DNA of 62,920 nucleotides, the filler included, from Licmophora abbreviata (lineage: Eukaryota): the NCBI GenBank assembly GCA_900291995.1. It is 13 parts of 13 records of this genome, joined end to end, with 100 filler letters (N's around TTAATTAATTAA, not from the genome) between each part and the next. Parts side by side here need not be neighbours in the genome. Positions count along the whole stretch, not along the records: positions 26,695 to 35,111 come from OLMU01002648.1; positions 35,212 to 38,678 come from OLMU01002649.1; positions 38,779 to 42,176 come from OLMU01002651.1; positions 42,277 to 48,741 come from OLMU01002653.1; 9 more parts are not named here. One strand, 5' to 3'. A program made the position numbers and the translations under genes. Of the stretch, positions 33,609 to 45,749 are shown piece by piece. The notes beneath the pieces were generated by a model, which was given only the letters and a program-made list of their open reading frames with translations, was not told the DNA's origin and made no database searches. Numbering within the stretch: the first letter of the stretch is position 1; each line of letters starts with the position of its first letter.

Positions 33609-36206
33609 CTAATGCTCGGTATCCGAAATGTCGGACTGCTCCTCCGAGATCTGGCCAAGGGGTGTGGGTTCGAAGTTACGCACAAAGCCTTGAAGACGAT
33701 AGTTGACAGGAGGCACAGCCGATGAAATAGAAATTCCAGCATCGTCCACCCGGGTGCCACTGTATCCACCTCGGATCTTCTTCATGGTCTCCGCAGAGAT
33801 GCTAACCTTGAAGGACTCGCCGTCGATAATGAGTTCCGCAGGAGTACCAGACTTCTCGAACATAGTGAGCCCGCCGCGACCAAATGCACCTCCGCCTTCC
33901 TTCTTTTTGCCGTCGGCTCCTTCCTGCATGACATCCCGGCGAGACGGTTTCTTGTATTCGATTGGCGTGCTGCTTCCAAACAGGTCACCGCCCACCACAG
34001 GGGTGGATCTCATCTTCTGCCTCACACGGCGGGGGCGCTTGCGAGCCGTCCCGACAGCTTCTTCAGTCGGCGCTTGGGCCGCGATCTCGGGTAGGTTCGA
34101 CTCGTTAAGAATTTCTTCAACAGTCTTTTCCTTGGTGCAGCTCGTCTGCATTGTGCGCTTCTTCTCCAATTCGGACTGAGCCTCCTTGAGGATCTTGTCG
34201 GCAATCAAACGGCGCGACGAGACGGAGCGCGTATGCCCCTTGTCGACTTCTTCAACGATCTCCTCGACGACTCCTGGATACCAGCGCTGCACCTTGACCT
34301 TGGCAACGTCCGGCTGATTGATGACCTTCTCCATCGCTTCCTTCACTTCTTCCATGCGGTCTTCCGGAGACACCACGTTGGATTTCAAATCACGCGCGTA
34401 CACTTCGTTGATCAAGGTCGAGTCGACCCCACGTGCATGCCACGAGCGATGGTCGATGATCTCCAGATTCTGTCTGTTCATGGCATTCATCAAATTGGGA
34501 AGAAGTCCCCAGCTTGACTCGCTCTGCATTTGAATACACATGAAGAAAGTCGTGCCCTTCTTGATGCCCGCTTCGAGTTCTTCCGTTACGGAATCAAGTC
34601 CAGGCTTTTTTTCGCCCATTTGACGATGCAATTCTTCTTCCGCCGCCTTGCGCACTAGGTTCTCAGACCTCTTGTTGTAGTAGCTAATAGTGAAACGAAG
34701 CAAGAAGGGCGGAACAATGGTCGACAGCAACACTGCGAACACAATCGACGCGTAGATGCTTTCCGAGATAAGCCCGTTGCTGACGCCAAAGACGGCAATG
34801 ACAAAGGCAAACTCTCCTTCTGCGGCCATACTGAAACCCGTCACCAATACATCGCGAAAGTGCAAGCCCGTATAACGCTTGGTATGGTTGAAGTTGGGCA
34901 CCATGAAACCAACCGCCAACTTCCCTAAAAGCGCAAAAGTAAATATGAACCCATATCCAATGACTTGGCCGTCACCAAAGTCTTTGATGGGTACTTGGAA
35001 GCCAATACTTGCGGCAAAGAAGATAGACATGAGCCAATGTAGGACACGCTTGAATTGACTGACAAACAAGGCATGCAAGTCATGACTGCGGCAAAATGTC
35101 AATCCCGCCAGNNNNNNNNNNNNNNNNNNNNNNNNNNNNNNNNNNNNNNNNNNNNTTAATTAATTAANNNNNNNNNNNNNNNNNNNNNNNNNNNNNNNNN
35201 NNNNNNNNNNNACCAAGAAACTGGCCTTGGCGTAGTAGGTTGCCGGCATGAGTCCCACCAACAAGGCCAACATGACGGCTAGTTCGGCACGGGCCCTATT
35301 TTCGCCTGTCACACATTTCAGCAAGAAGCGGTCGAGAAGATCTGGAATGATGAACACGGCGGCATATCCACCGAGGATCAAAAAGGCCAGGGCCGACACG
35401 ATGGGAATCAAGACTCCCGCGGCGGTGATTTCTCCCGCCAACGCCTCGAGCTGACTCAAGATGATCAAGGCAATCATATCATCAATGACTGCAGCACTCA
35501 CAATCAACTGCCCGACGGGAGTATTGACAATCTTTCCCTGACGGAGAATGTTCATTGCAATACCGAGCGAGTGGGGCCAAATGCAGCTCCAGCCGCGAGA
35601 CTGCTCTTGGTATCGCCTCCTAACGCAAAGGCGATGGCAACGCCAAGAGCAATGGGGAGAATAGATCCCACAATGGCAATCATGATTCCCCTCCCGCCAA
35701 TCAGCTTCAACGTGGTGAGATCAATATCGATACCGGCTTCCACGACGAGCAGCACCAATCTGATCTCCAGAGAAGAACGAAGGGGAGACGCCGGGTGAGT
35801 GCAAGCACCGACATGACTGTTTGGAGGAAACGACACGACCCCAAGGTTCCCTACGTATTTTTAAGACTCCTTTCTTGACTCACCCAATTTCTCCCAATAA
35901 CACCCACGCCTCAGGATTGGGCACAAAGTCCGCCAACGGTGGTCCCAACATGATCCCGGCAAAGATTTCTCCTACCAAACTGGGCATTTTGAGCACGGAC
36001 GAAGCCACCCGTCCTGCCACATAAATAGTCGCCAAGAATACCACTGAGTAGTACAAGTCATTGAAAGTAATGTGTACCCCAAAGTCTCCATGACCATCAC
36101 CGTGTTCGTCGCCGCCGCTGCTTTCCAGCCACCGATCGTCTTCGTTCTTGCTGCCGAGCAGCCAGCGGCCTATTTCCCAGTACAGATTCTCCACGTGTTT
36201 CGTCAT
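33609..36206 (-). CDS. Cation/H+ antiporter (CPA2 family) with a long soluble C-terminus; intron 35883-35760, frameshift near 35570, spans the gap at 35112-35211
   Basis: LVGEIFAGIMLGP, VVEAGIDID, AAFGPT(S)LGIA, AAVIDD, FFAASIGFQVP and EGEFAFVIA. Confidence 0.88.
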
Positions 36207-36967
36207 AGTTTAAACTAAAAGAATCAGTAGAACGAGCAGCACGGTCACTACAATGCAAGAAACAAAGGGGGCAGTCTCGCAACTGCTTCGTTGGTCACAG
36301 AAAAGACACTCGACTTCGGCTCGAAAGTGCGAAGGAAATGAGTGACGAAGCGAATGGTGCTCGAGCGCAAGGCGGAAGTTGGGGAGAAGCTTCGGATGAT
36401 GTGCGGGAGTTTTGCGCTTTGTGATTGGCTCTTTTTTGTGTCACCTTATCAATTGACGTTTTATAACTCAAGAGAGTAATGGCTCTATTTGTCACAAGCG
36501 ACATTTTCGTGTAAGTGTGACTGGAATACTAGTTGCAGTGACCGACTGCTTCTTTGTACGACTGCTCCACACCTGTCTGTGTCATCGCGAGAGCGAGCTC
36601 GGTTCGACGAAAATTGGGTTGTGCTGGAAGATGAAACACCTTTTGGGAGAATGACCATGGCAATGTACCGGTATTTCTGAACGCTTCCTTCGATCAAGTT
36701 ATACTTTCCACTCGCCAAGTACACCGTATTGCCTTTGACGACAAAGCTTGGGATTTCGAGTTAATTTGGCCGTGGAAAATTCGTTGCAACAAACGAATCC
36801 TTGTTGTGTCTACATCGATTCGTGTGTCCATGGCTACGCTGCATTGTGCCATCACAGTATAGCCACTGCTTCATTTGAGACTACCTCTTCTGGAAGACGC
36901 GAATTGCTTATTCTGGATCTCAAAAGCCGATTGGTACTTTAACACAATCGCAAAATACTCCATCACC

Positions 36968-39900
36968 ATGTCTACCATGCTCAAGTCGGCAGCCATGACG
37001 TTGCTCTCCAAGACACTCCAAACCTTCCTGTACAAGTATCTTTTGGACGTGGACGTTGAGGGCGTCAACATGCCATCAATACTGTCGTCTGAGGTCGATG
37101 GGGGCGGATGGGGTGTGCGATTGTGTAATGTAAGACTGCGTGAAGGCGTCCAGTTAATGGTTTTGCCGGGAGGAAAAAAGAAAAGAGAACCCAAAGGAGG
37201 AAGGAGGCGACAACAACGGGCAAAGACGAGGCAACGAGGCAAAAGTCGGGCTGAAAAGAGGGGTGCTCCTACTGCAGACGGCAAGAATTCCATCGGGACA
37301 CCCGATGCACTGCCTACACAGCTGAATGAGCCTCGCAAGCCTGCCTTTCGAGAGAAACCTGGTCATGTGGTTCCTCCCGTAGAACGTGAAATGCTTCCGA
37401 CGCCCCGCCCATCATGGGACTTGGACGAAGCTGCGGAGTTGCAGGTGGAGACCTCGTCATCTCGTCCTCCCACGCCAGACATGCAAACTGCGAAAAAGTC
37501 TGTGTTTGGTTGTTTTGTCCGCGATGCGCCTCCGGAAGCTGGTGGTGCTGTGGAGACACCGTCTGCGCCGCCGTCTAGAAGTTTGTCTCCGAGTGAGTTG
37601 GAAGACTTTCGGGAGCGCAGTATGAGTCTGGAAGGTGGGGCGTTAAAAGAAGCATTGCACAAGGTTGAGTCTACCGAAAAGATCGCCGCCAAGAGTGACG
37701 TGGAAGCCATCGAATTTTCCGCTCAAGCGGACCGGGGCGATGAGGAGGACGGCGGGCAAGAAGACGATTTGGAGGACGAAGACGACCTTACGGATATTGG
37801 ACCAGAGATGATCCTGCGCCTTGGTAGGGGCGGACGGATTGGGACTCTGGATGTCAGACTGGTGGGCAAAGAATTGCACGTATCAGTTGAGGATGGTTTT
37901 CTGTCTGTCGAAGCTTGCCCAAAGCCAGAGGCGGGGACTGCTGGCTCGACGGAAGCTGAGGCTGGAAAGTCCGAGGATTCAGCAAAGGGAGACGCTGCCA
38001 AGGCTTCAGAAAAAGCAAAGTCCACTGGCAAAAAGAAAACTGGCGAGGCGAAAACAGTGGCTGAGCGCATAATGGAGAATAGCACAATTGCTCGGTTGCT
38101 TTCGACGATTCCGCATTTGTTTCTGAGAGACTGTCGTGTTCAGGTCGTTCATCGCGAAAACGCACCACCGACAGAGGACGCAACTGAGACTGAGATAATG
38201 CCAGAGGATTCTGTTGTGGAAATCGGGGTAGAACTGCTGTCGGTGACTAGCGGAGAAGATATTCTGGCTCATGTTCGTGTCGACGAGGAACAATCGCCGG
38301 GGCACGAGGGTAACGAAGGCGGGTCGCCGAGTTACACGGAAAGCTCCTCGGATCAGAACGATTATCTTGTGAAACGTATCCGAACGGGGCGTGGGCCGGA
38401 GGGCGGCATATGGATGAAAGTGTTTCCACCGGGAACCAGACATCTCGAAGGACAGGTGGTACGCTTGAGTAGCTCCAAGAAGTCGCAATCTCAGTGGGCG
38501 CACAAAGTGTGGCTATCTTCTGCTGACTACTGTTTCTTTCGGTGCTCGGGACTTGACGTCCGTGCACGCATATACCTGGGTAAGAGGGAGGACGAGTCGG
38601 ATAACTCATGGGCTCTATACGACGAGTTCGCAATCGACACTATGTTGTACACTGTCGACTACATCGCGCCCGGACCGGNNNNNNNNNNNNNNNNNNNNNN
38701 NNNNNNNNNNNNNNNNNNNNNNTTAATTAATTAANNNNNNNNNNNNNNNNNNNNNNNNNNNNNNNNNNNNNNNNNNNNCTCCGCCTTCGCTGCCTCCGCT
38801 GGAACGAGGGTTGAGCCAAATATCTGATGGTGGCTATCTACAGAATCCTGTGACCACATATCAGACAGATGTCAACGGAATTCAGAGCTCTCGCATTCCG
38901 AGTAATTTTCACAGAGTGGCACGAGGCTTGTTGCCCTCGGTGTGCAATGGCGACCATCTTCCCTGCGAGACTTGCGCACAGTGCTGGGACTCAGAAGCGA
39001 ACGCACAGAGCACCGGAAAACATTCGCTGGATTCTTCTACACCCCTTCCCGGTCTTGTGTTTAGCTTATGCCTGAATGACCCGCTTGAAGTGAACATTGA
39101 TCGACCGACGCTTGATGTACTCGGAGAGTGGATCAGTCTCTTTCGAGGAGAAGAGAAGGACACATCTTCTGACGACACCAATGCCCGTCGCACGAAACCT
39201 GGAAGCGATCAAGCCGATTCCATGAGCAGAGCGAATAGAGCACTGGCAAGTCTTCGAGATCGATGGGGGAAGAAAGAGGAGGAGAGTCTCGTGAAAGCGT
39301 ATCCGTCATACATGCAGCCAGAACGTATTGAGATTCTCGGCGTGCACATGAAGAAAGTCGTCGCCCGCATTCACGTGATGCGAGCCGAGGGTGTCGCTGA
39401 CAACGGGCTATCGTTCTGCTACTGGGATACCGTCACCCGATGCATCACGATGGACTCTCAGAGTCTATCGTCGGATCACAAATCGTTCCGAGACACGCGA
39501 TTTGACGTCGGTGAATTCTCCCTGACAGAGTACAAGGGAGCCAAATGTACTCGACTGATGTCTATTGGGCAACCTCATCCCGACATCGATGACTCCGACT
39601 CAGCCTCCAATTCGTCTAATCCTCAACCGATCAAGTACAGCTCCAGGCCTGCTTGGCCAAACACGGCATCTGCACTTTTGAATATCCGTCCACCACTCGA
39701 AACGACGCACTACGAATCGAGAGAGCGGCATGGACTGCAGCTGCGCTATATGTCGTTGCTCCCATCTGCCGCTCACCCTGGCGCACAGGCGAGATCGCGT
39801 GCGAACATACGATTCGGCGTCCTGTCCATCGATATGCCCTATCAAGTGAAAGCTGATGTCTACACAATCATGCGCGAAGCCTCTTCATCTCTGTTTGGTA

Positions 39901-40538
39901 GGAATGAGAACAAACAGGCGGACAACGCTGAATCGAACGATACTAGTGGTGAGGCCCAAGCGACAAGTTCTGAGTCCAAACCCAGCTCACTGATGAAGTA
40001 CAAGATTCAAGTTGACGGTGGCAATATCAATCTACCCCCAGTGGTTAGTTTAAAACTGCCCTTGACGAAATTCACCGGTGGCCGTTCTTCCGATAAGGGC
40101 CTGTTCTTTGAAACATTATTGAACCACGTCGTAATGGAGTACGGAGCTCGCTCGCATCCGCAAGTCGATACACCACAACAGCTGTCGCTTGCGCAAATGG
40201 CGGCGCTCCCTGAAACTATCCGAATGCGAATCGTTCTATTTCTCAAGGATCTCGGGCCGGTCGAACGGGCCTTACGCGTCAAGCGAGAGTCCAACACGTT
40301 CCTGCGATGCCGCGCTGTCAACAAGGGATTTGTGAAACAAGCCAAACGCAATGCACGAGCAGTTTTCAAAAAGAGCAAGACGAATGGACTTCCGCACCCC
40401 AGTACATTGAGCCGACGGCAGCAACTCCTAGGCGAGATAATGAAGCTCGACGACTCGGGCCTTGAAGACCTGTGGCAGGCGCATCAGAAATCGCAACGTC
40501 GGCATCGGAAAACGCAATCTGGTGGTGTCGCAGAATAG
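36968..40538 (+). CDS. Large uncharacterised protein with a chorein_N/VPS13-like N-terminus; spans the gap at 38679-38778
   Basis: Long ORFs on both sides of the gap on the same strand. The N-terminal helix LLSKTLQTFLYKYL followed by VRLCNVRLR resembles the chorein_N pattern, and beta-rich segments follow. Confidence 0.55.
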
Positions 40539-40620
40539 TAGTTCCTATGTAGTCGTAATACGCACATCTGATGTTATTAGCATGTTGGTGCCATCCCTTT
40601 TTCCTATAAGTATAAACAAA

Positions 40621-42153
40621 TCAAAACGGGTCGACTCCCTCGATCTCCTTGAGAAGATCTTCCATTAGACCCATCGCCCCAAGGCCGAGTTCGTTGGACG
40701 CCAAAACTGCACACAATCGATCCTCCACGTGAACAGCCTCATTGTCCATGACACTTTGGAGCACTTGCTTTATCCGAGAAATATCAAACCATCTTTGCCA
40801 CTCACCGTCATCTTGGTTCGATGATGCCTGATCATGCCGATTGGCGGCGTAGCTGTCTTTCTCATGTTCGACGGTTGGATTCACGAGTAGGTCACACAAC
40901 CGAACAAGACACATGAAGACAAATGCTGTTACATCCAAACCAACGCACCCACGCAACATGGTCTCTTTTGCATCCCAGCTGCTCGAAGCATAGTCACTAG
41001 TGGTAGTAGTAGAATCAGTTGTAGCAATCTGCCACGCCTCCCATTCTCGATCCACATCCTGCAGTTCCGTCCAAATACAGACCCAAGTACTGTCAAGGTT
41101 GATCGTCGTGATCCAGTTGTGATTGATCGACAGAGTTTCTTGTAGATTCATCACACTGTGCTTCCACCCACTTGGCACAAACATCAAGTCCCCCTGTTCT
41201 TGTACAATGGTACAACAGTCGCGTAGTTGTGTGGTGGAAGATTTGTCGTTGTCAGCATAAAATTTCCACTCCTTTCGTCCCGAGACATTGTAAGACCAAG
41301 AAAAGGAGGAGAGGACATCCGAATGAAGCGGCGTATACGAGCCCTTGGGTCCCCAATAGACAAAACGATAATCACCCGATGTAAATTTTCGTAAAAAGCC
41401 ATTCAACAAGTCGTAGGGAAAACAGAGAGGCACCCTGTAGTTGTAGTCTGTTGTTGTCGAAGTAGTAGTAGTGGCCTTGTGGTTTTGTTCGAGATGGTGT
41501 TGCAAGTGCCAATCTTTCAAGTAGCCTGCAGAAGGAGTATTTGGATGATTGCTAGTGTCTTGTCGAAAATCGTCAAGACCATCGATCCATTCCCCCATGG
41601 ATATCCATTGCGTCGTACACTCGGTCGCTCGTCCCTGCTTGTCCAAACTAGAAGTAGTAGTAGTAGTAGTAGTGGCAGTAGTAGTGGGAGCACTCGTGTA
41701 TCGAATGGGCACAAGGGTTTCGTCTCCCACATGGCGTCGGAACCAGTCCGTGTGGATGGTAGAATGCTCCGTCGTAGTATCCTCGGCTGAGGTTGCTGTT
41801 TCTCTTCTTAGAATAGTCCATGCTTCTGTCACCCTTTGAAAGTCATCATGAGTAGTAGTAGTAGTATTGGTAGTTTTACAGTCATCGTCTTGGAAGATGA
41901 GACACGGTCGATTGGAATAGACACATTCCAACACGACCTCACTGTCACTTGTAGTAGTAATAGTAGGAGCATGCGGTGGACTGTTCCAAAAGTCCTTGCA
42001 AGCGTCCTCCCGTGTCTCTTTCAGAGTGCGGTGGTCATTCTCACGGGCGAGGCGTTCTACGGATGTGGGATGATGGTGATTGTTTGGAAAAGGAAGCACT
42101 ACTCTTGATTTTGATTTCGATACGGATTGACAGTATTCCAGTGCCCGGCGCAT
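40621..42153 (-). CDS. JMJD4: JmjC 2-oxoglutarate/Fe oxygenase, JMJD4-like; may extend 5' into the gap
   Basis: YLKDWH, DYRFVYWGPKGSYTPLHSDV (HxD), SWSYNVSGRKEW and FVPSGWKHSVMNLQETLSINHNW. Confidence 0.88.
   Translation of the reverse strand: MRRALEYCQSVSKSKSRVVLPFPNNHHHPTSVERLARENDHRTLKETREDACKDFWNSPPHAPTITTTSDSEVVLECVYSNRPCLIFQDDDCKTTNTTTTTHDDFQRVTEAWTILRRETATSAEDTTTEHSTIHTDWFRRHVGDETLVPIRYTSAPTTTATTTTTTTSSLDKQGRATECTTQWISMGEWIDGLDDFRQDTSNHPNTPSAGYLKDWHLQHHLEQNHKATTTTSTTTDYNYRVPLCFPYDLLNGFLRKFTSGDYRFVYWGPKGSYTPLHSDVLSSFSWSYNVSGRKEWKFYADNDKSSTTQLRDCCTIVQEQGDLMFVPSGWKHSVMNLQETLSINHNWITTINLDSTWVCIWTELQDVDREWEAWQIATTDSTTTTSDYASSSWDAKETMLRGCVGLDVTAFVFMCLVRLCDLLVNPTVEHEKDSYAANRHDQASSNQDDGEWQRWFDISRIKQVLQSVMDNEAVHVEDRLCAVLASNELGLGAMGLMEDLLKEIEGVDPF
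41652..41685. repeat. (AGT)n/(ACT)n microsatellite encoding poly-Thr inserts in JMJD4; shorter copies near 41000, 41460, 41850 and 41950
   Basis: agtagtagtagtagtagtagt seen directly. Confidence 0.8.
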
Positions 42154-42276
42154 GGAGTGTGTATGATCCGAAACAGNNNNNNNNNNNNNNNNNNNNNNNN
42201 NNNNNNNNNNNNNNNNNNNNTTAATTAATTAANNNNNNNNNNNNNNNNNNNNNNNNNNNNNNNNNNNNNNNNNNNN

Positions 42277-44295
42277 TGGTGATGGTGATGATGATGAAGA
42301 AGAAGTTTGTATTTGTGTGTCGAGCAACAGTATTGTCGTGTCGGGGGGCGAGATTTCCGTTGTGGAACATGGATCCTCCCTTATTGCTGTCGTGGTGGTG
42401 GACAATGGTGATTACCTAGGCTGCATCTTGCAGTCGAGAGGCTTTGAATGTTGGAAGGATGTCGCTGCCTTTGTCGAGACACTACCGGACGAGCGTATTG
42501 TTGCCTTGAAGGGGACTTGGAATAATGAACAACAAGACAATACAGTCTCCAGCCTGTCTCGCCTCGGAGGATTTGTTCCCCCCACGGATGATGGTGTCGG
42601 TGTCTTTTACATTGGACAAGTCGAAGCGTCGCCGGATTGGTGTGTGTGCTCGACCGCAAGTGGCGTGGCGTCGCCATTGGTGGTGCGATTGTCGTCGAGG
42701 AGTCCTAGTAGTAGGAAGCCTCTCAAGTTGCGCGTGGAACGCGACACGGTGCCGCGCAGGGTTGCCACGCGTTTGCCCGAAGGCACCATGCCGCTGGCGA
42801 CGCAGCTGCTGGCCACGGAAGAACAGAAACGAAGGGCATTTGCCCGATTTGTGAAAGACGCTTCTGATAAGCGCTATCTTGGCTATGCCACCAAATCTGG
42901 CGCTCCAGTCTATCTATTAGACCAGCACTCGATTCCCTTTGAGCGGTCGGATGGGGGCTGGACAACATTTCAATTCCTTCCAGAGGAGCTAGTTCCAACT
43001 ACAGTCGATGGAGGCGTCGATGAACGAGGTGACGTGACGACTTCTGCGGACGCGTCAGACGAGGAACTTCCGTTTGTTGTGCCCATCAATGCAGATTTCT
43101 TCTCGGAGCTTCTTGGGCCCTACTTGTTGACGGAATCGCAAACGCTTTCTGATACTACAGAGGCATTGTCGAACGCTCGTCTTGTGGCATTCTACTTTAG
43201 TGCTCATTGGTGCGGTCCCTGTCGAAGCTTCACTCCCATGCTTGCGGAGATGTACGAGGTTCTGAAGGAGGAGTTTCCGACCCATGGACTTGAGATTATC
43301 TTTGTCAGCTCGGACAGGGATCCCGGTTCGTTCAATCAGTATTACGGCTCCATGCCTTGGCTAGCAGTTCCGTTTGAAATGGGAAGTGCTACAACCATCC
43401 CACAGCTCAAGGCGAAATATGGCGTCCGGGGCATTCCTTCTCTCGTCGTGATTGATACTGTCTCAGGTCATGTAGTGGTTCCAACATCACAGAGTCGTCA
43501 AGAGGTAGCGCAGGCGTGTCAGGGTGGAGAAGACCGAATTGAAGAATTGCTCAAGAACTGGCTGGCGAGAGTTCCTCTGGAAACCACGGTGAGTGCTAAC
43601 TATCGCTTGCTTTACTATTACTGTTGTGCAGACTTGCTAACAACTCGCTCGTTCTATGTGTTATTTTTGCCATTTAGCAACTTATCGAGATGCTGGCACT
43701 CTCCTGCGAGGAAGACGAGACCTCATCTGACGAACCAGAAAACTCCTACTTGGTTCGTGCTTCCTCGTCGTCAGCCCCACCTGTATTGGACACGGCAGAG
43801 CGCATCAAGGAGCTATTCTCCACGCTTGTAGTGAACGGCGATGATCCCAACACTGCGGCCGCCAAGGCAATCCAGATGGTCGCCAAGGAGAAGGAGAACG
43901 GAACGACCTACGGTCCTGGTAGTTTGAACGGCAGGAGTCTAGAGCCAAATAGTGAAGTCTCGGGCAGCACTCTCGATACAGCCATTGCCAAGGTTTCTCT
44001 CTGGAACTCCCCTGACGGCAAGGCTGCGATTCAAGCCGTCGTTTTAACAGCGAAAAAGTACGTTGAAAACGTCCGCAAGGATCCATTCAATCCCAAGTTT
44101 CGCAGCTTCAAGCTGAGCAACAAGATCGTTGACCGCATAACGCGCGTCGCAGGTGGCATTGATCTGTTGGTGAGTCTGGGATTCTACGTGTACCCTTCCG
44201 ACCCAGACATCATGGCTTGCATCCCCGTTGCGACTGATCTGGAAGGACTGAACGCCCGAATGGAAACCATTCTTGAGAGCGCCGTCAGTGAATAG
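42277..44295 (+). CDS. Nucleoredoxin/tryparedoxin-like thioredoxin fused to a C-terminal PUB domain; 5' open into the gap; intron 43589-43677
   Basis: FYFSAHWCGPCRSFTP, EIIFVSSDRD, MPWLAVPF, VRGIPSLVV. PUB-like KYVENVRKDPFNPKFRSFKLSN...GGIDLLVSLGF. Confidence 0.88.
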
Positions 44296-44319
44296 ATGGC
44301 TACTCGCTCCGTAGCCACA

Positions 44320-45345
44320 TTATCGTTTAGCGTCCCATCCGTAGGAGAGAACTCTTGACGATACGTTGTAGGTTTGATCTTCGTCCATCATGACCCCAGA
44401 GCCGGTAAAGTTGAGCAACGCCCGGTCTTCCCATTCGACTCGCCCCCATCCTTTGGCACGCAAAAAGTCGTTGAGCTCGGGCACAAAGTCTGTCCCTTGG
44501 AATCGTTGCGAGTCTGAAATCAGTATCTTGACCTGTGGGTTAAATTCGATTGCCTCTTGGCATCTCTTCCCAACTTGCTTCGCCAGAGTTGGGTTGTAGA
44601 GGACGTCGGCCGCCAAGAGAATATCGCATTCTGGAAGGGGCTCGGCGGAAAAGAGGTCCAGCACTATACACGAGAAACGCTTTGGTTATTCTGAAGTGGT
44701 ATGCAGTACAACACAAACGTAAAGGACGTGAAACCCATCCTTACCTCGTTCAGAAATGACATGAGAGAGCTCCGCCTTTTCCGCCCCGTGCCGAAGAAGC
44801 AGGAGTGCCGTCGGATGAATGTCGGTGGCCAACACTTGTTTCGCTCCTAGCTTTGCTACAGCCTGCGACTCCAATCCCGTTCCCGCTCCCAGTACCAGCA
44901 CAGTCGCATTCACAATGGCACCCTGACGCCTCTGTAGTTCTTGGGCTGCCACCACAGCCCCAGGCCACGACACGAGTCCAAAGGGGTCCAACAATACATC
45001 GTCATCGCCGCTCTGCCCCCCAAACCGATGATGCTGTTGGACACTCCAATAGTGCTCCATGACCGACGCTGGCCGATCCAATTCCCAAATCGTTACGTTC
45101 CAGTCCTCTGCCAGCTCGACAGTGCGAGATATGATATGCGCCGTCTTGCCGCTCTTGGGCAACACGAGCTGACTTCGCTGCGGTTTTACCATCGTGAGGG
45201 CGGTGGACTTTCGCGCCAAAGCTCTTCGTCGAGGAAATTGCAAAGGAATCCATGCAGCAGCGCAATACTCAACGAGAAAATAAAGAAAAAGGCAAACAAG
45301 GACCTTGCCGCCCCTCGTCAACGGCACCGCCATCGTCGGACCCAA
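44320..45345 (-). CDS. Seven-beta-strand protein methyltransferase, family 16 (METTL21/ETFB-KMT-like), with presequence; intron 44744-44664
   Basis: DPFGLVSWPGA, VLVLGAGTGL, VLATD and LLAADVLY. Confidence 0.85.
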
Positions 45346-45749
45346 CGACCGACACAGAAATAATGTGAGGGCGGCGCGGCGCCGATGCTTTTTGTCGGTG
45401 TCACGCGCGCAGCACGTCAGAACGCGTCATTTGCTGATAGTCTGTCTAGACTACATACCGCCGTTGCTTGTGCCGATGTCGGAACATTAGACCTACAGAG
45501 CGATGCGCGATAACATTGTCGGGCGTGTAATCTTTCTTAGATAGCTTGGTTGATTTCATCTATGTTGCCCGCTTCGACGATTAACTTTCTCTGGCGCTTC
45601 GTCAATACCGGTGTGTATGATGGTTGTATTCAGAGAAGAAAGGAACGGAAAGGCGCGTGGTGCATCGTTGTACTTCTGCGTTCTTAGTGTCATGGATTCT
45701 TGAAAGTGCGGTGCAATGGATTGTATCTCTTTTGGTGCACGACGGTGCT

